A stretch of 63,915 bases of DNA, filler included, from Thermoplasmatota archaeon (GTDB lineage Archaea > Thermoplasmatota > E2 > JACPAO01 > JAHFTW01): NCBI GenBank assembly GCA_041623215.1. It is 15 parts of 15 records of this genome, joined end to end, with 100 filler letters (N's around TTAATTAATTAA, not from the genome) between each part and the next. Parts side by side here need not be neighbours in the genome. Positions count along the whole stretch, not along the records: positions 9,241 to 13,716 come from JBFJXH010000149.1; positions 13,817 to 18,235 come from JBFJXH010000150.1; 13 more parts are not named here. The stretch is one strand, 5' to 3'. This document shows positions 9,678-18,335 of this stretch, one piece after another. The notes under the pieces were generated by a model, which saw only the letters and a program-made list of their open reading frames with translations, had not been told where the DNA came from and made no database searches. A program made the position numbers and the translations under genes. The first letter of the stretch is position 1; every line of letters starts with the position of its first letter.

Positions 9678-11015
9678 GTGAGCGGCCCCTCCAAGGACGA
9701 ACTTGATGCTGGCGTCCAAGCTGGCAGCAGCGACGGCTCCGCAGCCACGCCCGCAGAGGCGCCCGCTGCCCAGTTCGCCGCCGACGGCCAAGACGACAAG
9801 CCCCGCAAACGCGTCCGCCCGCACCCCTATGCATCGGAGGACAGCCCCGCCGAAGAGCAAGCCCTGGATGCCCGGCGCGTCACCGCCCTGTGGTTGGGGC
9901 TGGCGCTTGGCATGATTGTGGCTGGCTTGTGGTTGGGCAACCGCTTCAGTCCCTACGTGCCCGGCGGCACCATGACAGAGGACATGTGGAAGGCGTGGAC
10001 GAACGTGCCACTCTTCTCCGGCCTCATCTTGCTTGGCTTCGGCTTCATTCGCCAGACCTGGAGCAAGAACATCACGCAAGCTGGTTGGATTCTTTTTGCC
10101 TTCTATTGGAGCCTCACCGCCCAAGACCTCCTCTGGAAAGAGGGCCAAGATTACTTCAACTTCGGCGCTGCGCTTGTGGGGACGCTGTTCTTCACCTACC
10201 TTGCTTACCACCAATGGCTAAGCCACCTGCGCGGTGTCCGCAATGACACCGTCCATTTTCTCAACGTCGCCACGTTTGTTGCGGCAGGCTCCTACTTCCT
10301 CATTGACAAGGTGATGCTGCTTCGCGTGGCACTCATCAAAGTGGTTTCAGCCAACACCAAATGGGGCCTCGACCTGTTTGGCCAGGGCAGCTCCAAGGGC
10401 CTCATTTTCCTCACAGACCCTGCGGACAACAAAGCTCCGACGACCTTCTTCTATCCGGAAAAATACTGCAACCCCGGTCGTGGCGACGACGTCGGTCAAT
10501 GGTGCCGTGAGAACGGCTACGACCTAGTCCACACGTTCCCCGACCCGCCCACGAACTGGTTCCAATCCTTGCTTCAGTGGACGCCGGCCAGCGAAGACCT
10601 CCTGATTGTGCCCGTAAGCATCATCCTGGCATGCACCGCCGTGCAATCCATCATGCTGTTCGTCGGCCTTTTTGCCGGGACCAATGCAAGCCTCAAGCGG
10701 AAGGTGTATGCCAGCTTGATTGTCGGGGCCATCGTGTACGTTCTGAACCTTGTGCGAAACGTCGGCATCATCTGGTTCTATGGCCAAGGCCATGCCAGCT
10801 TCTGGGTCATGCACAATGCCATTGGTAAGGGAGGCAGCCTGCTAGCGATGATTGGTATCGCTTTCGCTGTATTCCGCTGGTTCCCCGAATTCTTCCATGC
10901 GCTTGTCGGGGTCCTCGATCTTCCTGACCGGGACGGCCCCATCGAGCGCACCTTGAAGATTGGCCGCCGCCGGCCGGAGAGCGCCCCACCCGCCGTTCCC
11001 ACGCAAGCCCGTTAA
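9678..11015 (+). CDS. artA: Archaeosortase A family protein
   Basis: VSIILACTAVQS (catalytic Cys), YVLNLVRNV (Arg) and HNAIGKGGS; multi-TM protein next to pssD/pssA. Confidence 0.88.
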   Translation: MSGPSKDELDAGVQAGSSDGSAATPAEAPAAQFAADGQDDKPRKRVRPHPYASEDSPAEEQALDARRVTALWLGLALGMIVAGLWLGNRFSPYVPGGTMTEDMWKAWTNVPLFSGLILLGFGFIRQTWSKNITQAGWILFAFYWSLTAQDLLWKEGQDYFNFGAALVGTLFFTYLAYHQWLSHLRGVRNDTVHFLNVATFVAAGSYFLIDKVMLLRVALIKVVSANTKWGLDLFGQGSSKGLIFLTDPADNKAPTTFFYPEKYCNPGRGDDVGQWCRENGYDLVHTFPDPPTNWFQSLLQWTPASEDLLIVPVSIILACTAVQSIMLFVGLFAGTNASLKRKVYASLIVGAIVYVLNLVRNVGIIWFYGQGHASFWVMHNAIGKGGSLLAMIGIAFAVFRWFPEFFHALVGVLDLPDRDGPIERTLKIGRRRPESAPPAVPTQAR

Positions 11016-11039
11016 GACCCCCTTGAACGTCAAAGGCTC

Positions 11040-11717
11040 GTGTTCCGCATCGCACGGGGTGGCGCCAACTGGGTCATCACGCCCATTGTCGTTGCAATCC
11101 TCATGGCTGGCCTAGCGGGCCCCTTGGGTCGCCCGTGGCTTATTCCGGCTTCTACCATCCCCTTCTTTCTGGCGACCAGCCTCCTATGGTTCTTCCGCGA
11201 CCCGGAGCGTCCGTTGGCACCCGATGTCGTGAGTCCGGCGGACGGCAAGGTGCGCGCAGTGGACATTGTGGACGACCCAGATTTGGGCCGCTGTGACCGT
11301 CTATCCATCTTCATGTCGCCGCTTGACGTCCACGTGAACCGCATGCCGGTTTCCGGCAACATTCGCAAGGTGACTCACCGCCCAGGAGGTCACGTGCCCG
11401 CCTTCAGCAAGGAATCGGACCGCAACGAACGGGTCGAGACACTGATGGTGGCGGCCGACAACGAGGTCTTGCCGGCGGGCACCGACGTCAAGGTTGTGCA
11501 AATTGCCGGTACTGTGGCACGCCGCATTGTTCCTTACATTGAAGCAGGCCAGAGCTTGGCTAGGGGGCAGCGCTTCGGACTCATTCGCTTGAGCAGCCGC
11601 TGTGACTTGCTAGTCCCGGTCGGGAACGTGGCCTGGACCGTGGCCGTGGGTGACCGCGTCCGGGCGGCCAGCAGTCGCGTCGCAGCCTCGCCGGGCAACC
11701 AGGCGGAGAACAAATGA
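11040..11717 (+). CDS. psd: Phosphatidylserine/archaetidylserine decarboxylase proenzyme
   Basis: FFRDPER, SPADG, IFMSPLDVHVNR, NER, QIAG and RFGLIRLSSRCD motifs. Confidence 0.93.
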   Translation: MFRIARGGANWVITPIVVAILMAGLAGPLGRPWLIPASTIPFFLATSLLWFFRDPERPLAPDVVSPADGKVRAVDIVDDPDLGRCDRLSIFMSPLDVHVNRMPVSGNIRKVTHRPGGHVPAFSKESDRNERVETLMVAADNEVLPAGTDVKVVQIAGTVARRIVPYIEAGQSLARGQRFGLIRLSSRCDLLVPVGNVAWTVAVGDRVRAASSRVAASPGNQAENK

Positions 11718-12481
11718 GTCGAATCCAGCGGGTCCTACGTGCCGCCCTTCGCGACGAATGGGATGGCCTAGACCGCATTACGAGAGATATTCGGCCAGCC
11801 GACTGGATTACGCTGACCAATGCGTTGGCTGGCTTTCTCGCGATCATCTTGATTGCCCGTGGCGAGCCGGCCTTCGCCAGCATCTTCATTCTAGCTGGGA
11901 TCTTACTGGACGGTGCCGACGGCGCGGCGGCCAGAATTTGGGGAGGCGGGCCCCTTGGCGGGTTCCTTGACAGCCTAGCCGATGTCATCACCTTCGCCAT
12001 TGCCCCGGCCGCTCTGCTCGCTACGCACCCCGGATTGGACGCTCGCTGGGCGCTACCTTTGGCCGCCTTGTTCGTGCTTTGCGGCATCATGCGCCTGGCG
12101 CGCTTTGAAGCGCTCCGGGAAACCGCCCCCCGTTTGTACTTCAGCGGCATGAGCACCCCGGGCGCGGCGCTTTCCGTGACGGCGGTTCTGCTCATCGGCG
12201 TGCCATCGTGGCTCATCGCGGCAACGGCCGTGGTCGCATCCGTCACGATGGTGAGCCGGATTCGCTACCCCAAGCTGCGAGGCGGCCTTGGCGCCAGCTC
12301 CGTTGCCGTGTTGCTGCTTGTGCTTGGAACTTGGACGACCCCGTGGCACCATTGGGCCGTATGGGGCATGATTGCCTTCATGACGACCTACTTGCTGTTC
12401 GGGCCCTTCTATGTCCTTGTGAAGTACGGCGCTACGCGACACCCAGATGTTGCTCTCCCGGGAGCGCCCGACGGTCCATAA
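11714..12481 (+). CDS. pssA: CDP-alcohol phosphatidyltransferase, phosphatidylserine/archaetidylserine synthase
   Basis: DGADGAAAR...GGFLDSLADVITFAIAP, RLARF and FSGMSTP; ATGA overlap with psd. Confidence 0.88.
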   Translation: MSRIQRVLRAALRDEWDGLDRITRDIRPADWITLTNALAGFLAIILIARGEPAFASIFILAGILLDGADGAAARIWGGGPLGGFLDSLADVITFAIAPAALLATHPGLDARWALPLAALFVLCGIMRLARFEALRETAPRLYFSGMSTPGAALSVTAVLLIGVPSWLIAATAVVASVTMVSRIRYPKLRGGLGASSVAVLLLVLGTWTTPWHHWAVWGMIAFMTTYLLFGPFYVLVKYGATRHPDVALPGAPDGP

Positions 12482-12510
12482 TACCAAAGGCGGGGCGCCG
12501 GTGGGCGGTT

Positions 12511-13716
12511 GTGGCCAAGGCACCGCAGCGCCGGCGCAAGTCAAGTCTCCGAACGGCACCAGCAGCGCTGCAAGACCAATTCAAGGCGCGCATCGCCGCG
12601 CTCGTCGAGGACCCCCTGCTAGCTCTGCCTGACACGATTGGCGAACCTGTGCGCCCGCTCGCCAAACTACAAGCGCGTTTGGAGAAGATGAAGGCGCGCG
12701 GCAAGCCAGGTTTCGGCGACAAGCGAGACAAGGGCGTCGCGGGGGGCGTGGCGTATTGCTTTGAAATTGCCCGCCAGGCGACCGTGCCCCGGCTGCTGGA
12801 CCACAAAGTGGCAGGAGCCAGACGTTTCTACCTCCAGCGCGGGCATGTCACGCGCGGCGTTAGCCTGGGTGTCCAGAATCACGACGACCCCCGCGCCCTG
12901 CTAATGGCGTATGTGGACATGGCCAAAGAGCACGGATTGCACTTCTTTGCTGGCGACCGCCTTTGGTGCACCGGCACCACGCCAGAACCCCCGGCGTCGT
13001 GGCTTGACGCCCTGGCCACCCGGGCCGAAGTAGCGCTGGAGAGAGATGCATCGGGCATCCATTGTCCGCATGCCGACGAGCGGCCCACGGTCATACTTGG
13101 CTTCCGCGGAGGTCCGGACCTCGCAGTTTGCGGACCGTGTGGCAAACGTGCCCGGCCAAGCCTGCATGCGCTGATGGCCGCCCGCTACGCTGGGCCAAGG
13201 CGCCGCCAGCCGTTTCGTGTCGCTTGTCGGGTGCCGGATGGAACCCAGGCTGAGCCGGAACGTGAATTGCTAGCCAAATATCGGGCCGGGCTCGTTACGG
13301 AGCCGGCCTTGCTGGATGCCACCATGGGAGCCTGGCGCGCGCAAGCCCAGGCCACGAGTGGCAATGCCGGGCGGCGTTTCATTTTGGGCGAACAAGACTT
13401 TGGCGACGACCTAGACGCATTTCTGGATGCCCTGGGCGCGGAGCCGTGGGAGCGCACCGCTTTGGCGGCGATGGTGGACGGCGGCCACGTGGGGCGGCGC
13501 TCAACGGTTGCTGCGGTACTTGATCGCCACGAAGCGCGCCTGGCCGACGGCGTTGCAGCAATTCTAGGTGGGCCTGACGATGCATGGTGGCAAGCGCACC
13601 GAGGTGCCACCCCACGGGACATGCTACGACTGGCAGCCGAAGAGGCGAGGCGCCGGGAGGTGCTTGCCACACTCCCCTCGCCGCAGGGGCTTGGCGTAGT
13701 CGGAGCGTTTGTGGAC
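12511..13716 (+). CDS. Hypothetical protein, 3'-truncated
   Basis: Long open frame, likely GTG start at 12511 after the pssA stop; contains CPH...CGPC. Confidence 0.65.
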
Positions 13717-13816
13717 NNNNNNNNNNNNNNNNNNNNNNNNNNNNNNNNNNNNNNNNNNNNTTAATTAATTAANNNNNNNNNNNNNNNNNNNNNNNNNNNN
13801 NNNNNNNNNNNNNNNN

Positions 13817-14204
13817 GGAGCCCGACCCACAGCGGAGATGCGCCAAGCGCGATTCGGCTCGCTTCGCCATGCACCACGGTTGGGGCAGGAGCGACTCGCC
13901 CTCCGGTCCAATGGGCCATGCCCTGCATGCCCAGACAAACGCCCAGCATCGGTACCCCGCGAACCGGAGTCTCGATGAGGTCCCGGCAAACGCCGAAATC
14001 ACGCGGGTTGGCTGGGCTGCCGGGTCCGGGCGACAAAACGATGGCCTCCGGGTCTTGGCTCTCCAAGGCATCCCGGGTGATCGCATCGTTGCGGTGTACA
14101 ACCACTCGGGCGCCACCTTCGTGGAAGGCGTGCACGACGTTGTAGGTGAAGGAGTCATAGTTGTCAATCACAATGACCAGCGGCCGAATCTCTTCCTGGG
14201 TCAA
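13817..14204 (-). CDS. trpG: Anthranilate synthase component II (glutamine amidotransferase), 3'-truncated
   Basis: IDNYDSFTYN, SPGPG and GVCLGMQ; overlaps the trpE stop. Confidence 0.9.
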
Positions 14205-15667
14205 CGTCCAGCTCCTGATTCGCCGATTGCCCGGTCCAATGCATCTGGTTCGCCGGATGGCGTCGCGCGGTCCGAGGAGCTAGGGGCACCGTCTGGTTCG
14301 GGAGGCAATGTCGCCCCGAAGACGCGGCTGCCCTCAAGCATGGCCCCCGCCTTGTGGCGCGTCTCGTGAAACTCAGCTGCGGGGTCACTGTGTTGCACAA
14401 TGCCTGCGCCTGCTTGTACCGTGATGCGCCCATCGGCAGCACTGAGGCTGCGGATACAAATTGCAGAATCAAAGTCGCCGTTGAAGCTGGCATAGCATAC
14501 AGCGCCGGCGTAGGCGCCACGAGGGCGTGCCTCCAATTTGGCAATGTGCTCAAGCGCGCGGACTTTGGGCGCGCCACTCACCGTGCCGGCCGGGAAAACC
14601 GCCTCCAGTGCATCGAGTGCATCATGGCCGGGGGCTAGCTCGGCTCGTACGTCGCTCACGATGTGCTGGACATTGCGAAAGCGCTTGAGCTTCATGAGTT
14701 CCACCACCTGCACCGAACCCGGTGCCGCCACGCGACCCAAGTCATTGCGCGCTAAGTCGACCAGCATGGCGTGTTCAGCGGTTTCTTTGCGGTCCAGCAG
14801 CAGGTCTCGACCGCGCGCCGCGTCTACGGCGTCGTCGCCCGCCAGGGGTCGTGTGCCGGCAATGGGAAACGTTTCCAGGACGCCCTTTCGCACACGAACC
14901 AACATCTCGGGCGAGGCACCAATTACGTCGCGCCCCGCGAAGCGGAGGTGATACAGGTACGGGACCGCGTGCGCTTCACGAAGCCAATCGTAGAAGGTTA
15001 CTAAGGGCCCATGAAAGGGCGCAATGTACAGCCGCGACAGTACGATTTGAAAGCATTCCCCTGCCCGAATCAATTCTTGGGCGGCCCGCACCCGTGCCTC
15101 AAATTCCGGCTGAGCCACAGGCGCCTCGAAGGCGCCGATTTCAAGCGGCTGTCCAGCAGGTGGGGTCTGGAACGCCTGGCGCACCAGAGCACTCCGGTCA
15201 GCGCCCCTAGAGACGTACGTGCAGGTGTGTTTTCGGTGGTCCCAGACGAGCCCATCGAGGTAGAGGCCGAAGATGAAGCGCGGCCACGACTCGGCCGAGC
15301 CATCGTCCAAGGTTGGCTCAACGATGCGAACAAAGTCATGCCCTACACTACCAACGAGTCCGCCAACGAACGGCGAGTCATGGTCTTTCGTGGCATAGAA
15401 CGCCAATACGCGGCGGAGAAACTCAAGGGGCTCCTGGTCTTGACTTGGTGCCGGGAGCGCCCCCGTCACCACAATGCCGTCTCGCGTGCAGGCAATGGTT
15501 CCTGCGGGGTCAAACCCGACGAAGCTGTAGCGCGCCATCCGGTCCGGCCCCTCCCGGGACTCGAGAATGAAGGTGGTTTCATGCCGGGCTGCCAGGAGCC
15601 GATGGGCCACGTGGGGCGGAGGCGCATCCGGCAGCGGCACGTGGTGCACAGGCCACCCACCCACCAT
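14201..15667 (-). CDS. trpE: Anthranilate synthase component I
   Basis: ILES, RYSF, GECFQIVLS, GASPE, PIAGTR, EHAMLVDLARND and FPAGTVSGAPK. Start is 15667 or GTG 15649 (TATA-like CTTAAT at about 15673-15678). Confidence 0.9.
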   Translation of the reverse strand: MVGGWPVHHVPLPDAPPPHVAHRLLAARHETTFILESREGPDRMARYSFVGFDPAGTIACTRDGIVVTGALPAPSQDQEPLEFLRRVLAFYATKDHDSPFVGGLVGSVGHDFVRIVEPTLDDGSAESWPRFIFGLYLDGLVWDHRKHTCTYVSRGADRSALVRQAFQTPPAGQPLEIGAFEAPVAQPEFEARVRAAQELIRAGECFQIVLSRLYIAPFHGPLVTFYDWLREAHAVPYLYHLRFAGRDVIGASPEMLVRVRKGVLETFPIAGTRPLAGDDAVDAARGRDLLLDRKETAEHAMLVDLARNDLGRVAAPGSVQVVELMKLKRFRNVQHIVSDVRAELAPGHDALDALEAVFPAGTVSGAPKVRALEHIAKLEARPRGAYAGAVCYASFNGDFDSAICIRSLSAADGRITVQAGAGIVQHSDPAAEFHETRHKAGAMLEGSRVFGATLPPEPDGAPSSSDRATPSGEPDALDRAIGESGAGR

Positions 15668-15803
15668 GACAGGATTAAGCATTGTTCCGCAGAACTGGAC
15701 AATGGGTGGGCAGGCGCCACCTGCGCGTTGCGAGGCCACCTCGTCCACGCAGGGACATTCACGAGGCGCGTCGTTTATCGGCCGGCGGGGCCTGGAGGAA
15801 GCC

Positions 15804-16478
15804 GTGCCCGAACGACCACCCGTCATCCTCGTCCACGGCATTCTCGGCAACCGACATGTCTACTGGAATCTCTTCCACCGCCGGCTTACGGCCGACGGCT
15901 TCCGAGTCCACGATGTCATTCTGCCCTATGCCATGCTCGGCGACATCCGCATCGCCGCTAGCATTCTACGCGACAAGATTGACGCCACGCGTCGAGGCGA
16001 CGGCTCCGACAAGGTGGACCTCATTTGCCATTCGGCGGGCGGGCTGGTGGCGCGCTACTATCTTACCTACCTCGGTGGCGCCAAGTATGTGCGGCGCCTC
16101 ATTTGCATGGGAACCCCGCACCAGGGCACGTACTTTGCCTACATCATGGGCCTCCCCGTACTGCGCATTGCCAAACAGGCTCGGCCAGGCAGTCACTTGT
16201 TGGACGAAGTGAACGGCCACGACGCGCTGCCACCCGACGTGGAAATGATCAATTTCTGGAGCCCCGTCGACGGCATTGTGGTGCCCCCGGAAAGCGCACG
16301 TCTAGCGGGTACGCACAATGTCCGGATTCCATGGATTACCCACTGGGGATTTTTGTGGCGCAGGGACTTCTATCATATGCTTCGCGACGCGTTGAAACAT
16401 GGGGCGGCCGGACCCCCGGCCGACAACCTCGTGGTCGCCGACGGACCCGTTGACCCGGCGATTCGACCCGAACCCTAG
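15804..16478 (+). CDS. Alpha/beta hydrolase (lipase/esterase, small lipase-like)
   Basis: PVILVHG oxyanion motif, CHSAGG nucleophile elbow, GTPHQGT, DGIVVP and terminal His. Confidence 0.88.
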   Translation: MPERPPVILVHGILGNRHVYWNLFHRRLTADGFRVHDVILPYAMLGDIRIAASILRDKIDATRRGDGSDKVDLICHSAGGLVARYYLTYLGGAKYVRRLICMGTPHQGTYFAYIMGLPVLRIAKQARPGSHLLDEVNGHDALPPDVEMINFWSPVDGIVVPPESARLAGTHNVRIPWITHWGFLWRRDFYHMLRDALKHGAAGPPADNLVVADGPVDPAIRPEP

Positions 16479-16547
16479 CGGGATATGGGGCCATCCACCA
16501 CCGCACAAACGGCGATGGCCGCGCCCCACCGCCCGCCCGCGGACCCG

Positions 16548-17342
16548 TTATAGGTACGGGTTCCCGCGCTCGACCTGCATCTTGCGAAGTTCTCGCTGCA
16601 TGCGTGCCCGAGTGTGCTCCGCAATGCTGTGGACGAGGTCCCGATCTGCGGCATCGTCGGCATCATACTCGCTCAAATCAAGTGGCGGTAGGAAACGAAT
16701 CCTCCACTTGACCGGCTTCGGGATGAGATTTCTCGGAATAGGCAACCCGCCCCGCATGTCCACTAGCTCCTCATACGACTCCAACCGTACCCCAACCGGA
16801 TTGGCCTCTTCGCCACCCAGAATGCACACGGGAATCACGGGGGCGCCACTTTCAAAGGCCACCCGAACAAAGCCCCGGGCGTATTCCTCGAGCGTGTAAT
16901 CTTTGCCGGGCTTGAAGGCGCCTTTTTCTCCTTCAGGAAACATCATGACTAGGTCGCCGGCGCTGAGGCGCTCCAGCATGGCATCCTTACTGATTCGAAT
17001 GATGCCGGCCTTCTTGGCGAAGGACGCGGTAGCGGGGTTGCCAAACCATGCGGCGTGCGCCATGCCGCGAACGACGCGGTCGTAGGCATCATACACAGAC
17101 AGTGCGGTGAACACGTAATCTAGGCCAAGCCAGCCCGTATGGTTGCCAACGAGAATGGCCGCCCCATTCTCAGGAACATGGTCCAAACCATCGACCTTGA
17201 GGCGCGAATAGGTGCGAATCCGCTTGAAGACGGGCACCAGGCGCTCCAAGAACTTCATGTCCAAGCCGTCGCCCGCCGTGGCCTGCGGCTCTTTCGGTGA
17301 GACACCCGGCTCGGCCGACTTGGCTTCGGTGGCTTCTGGCAC
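16548..17342 (-). CDS. Lysophospholipid / 1-acyl-glycerol-phosphate acyltransferase (PlsC/LPLAT superfamily)
   Basis: GNHTGWLGLD (extended HxxxxD-type block), MFPEG, GFVRVA and PVIPV; start is 17342 (GTG) or 17258 (ATG). Confidence 0.85.
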   Translation of the reverse strand: MPEATEAKSAEPGVSPKEPQATAGDGLDMKFLERLVPVFKRIRTYSRLKVDGLDHVPENGAAILVGNHTGWLGLDYVFTALSVYDAYDRVVRGMAHAAWFGNPATASFAKKAGIIRISKDAMLERLSAGDLVMMFPEGEKGAFKPGKDYTLEEYARGFVRVAFESGAPVIPVCILGGEEANPVGVRLESYEELVDMRGGLPIPRNLIPKPVKWRIRFLPPLDLSEYDADDAADRDLVHSIAEHTRARMQRELRKMQVERGNPYL

Positions 17343-17417
17343 GTGCAGCCTACAGGCGGCTTGGGACTTGGCGTTGTCGGGCCCAGGGTTCAAGGCCCTA
17401 CGACGGTTGCCCGCCTT

Positions 17418-18235
17418 GTGCCTGCGACCATCAGCGACTGGCAGGGCCTGGCGTCTGAACAACTCGCGCAACTGGATACTCCCTTTGCGAAACACTGGGA
17501 GCAGTGGCAAGCGCTTGCCGCCCAGCGGCTCGCCAGCGACCCCCCCATGGCCGCGTGGTATCCATCCAAGGCAACCGTGCAGGAGGCCAACCTAACCAGC
17601 TTCATGCGGGCCGTAAATCAACCGAACTACACATCGCTGCACGCCTGGTCCGTCTCCGACCGCGAGGCCTTCTGGTCCGCCGCACTTGAAGATCTGGGCG
17701 TGACATTCCACACCTCACCCTCGCGTATCTTGGCCACAGCGGACCACCCCGATGAAGTCGTTTGGCTGCCCGGTGCCAGACTCAACGCGGCAGCCCAATG
17801 CTTCCACGCGCCGCCGGAACGCACCGCCATCATCCAACGTTCGGAGTCAGGGGAAGAGCATGCCCTCACATACGGGGAACTGGAGGCGCGAGTGCGCCGC
17901 CTTGCCGCGGGCTTTTGCGCCCATGGGTTGCGCCCAGGCGACGGCGTGGCATTGTACATGCCCATGACAATTGATTGCGTCGTCGCCTACTTGGCGACCG
18001 TCTGGGCCGGCCTGCACGTCGTATCAATCCCCGACAGCTTTGCGCCAGACGAAGTCGCAACGCGTTTGCGACTGGGCAACGCCAGGCTCCTTCTCACCGT
18101 CAAGGCATTTTCACGAGGCGGCAAGGAGGTGCCCATGGCACCCAAGGCGCTCCAGGCAGCCCAAGCGGTCGGGAGCGTGGAGGTTGTGTCGGTCGGTGCG
18201 GCCGAAGGGTGCTTGGACCTACAGGTCATCGAAGA
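17418..18235 (+). CDS. AMP-forming acyl-CoA synthetase (acetate/acetoacetate-CoA ligase-like), 3'-truncated
   Basis: LHAWSV..REAFW, WLPGARLNAA, LTYGEL, GDGVALYMPM and SIPDSF. Confidence 0.85.
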
Positions 18236-18335
18236 NNNNNNNNNNNNNNNNNNNNNNNNNNNNNNNNNNNNNNNNNNNNTTAATTAATTAANNNNNNNNN
18301 NNNNNNNNNNNNNNNNNNNNNNNNNNNNNNNNNNN

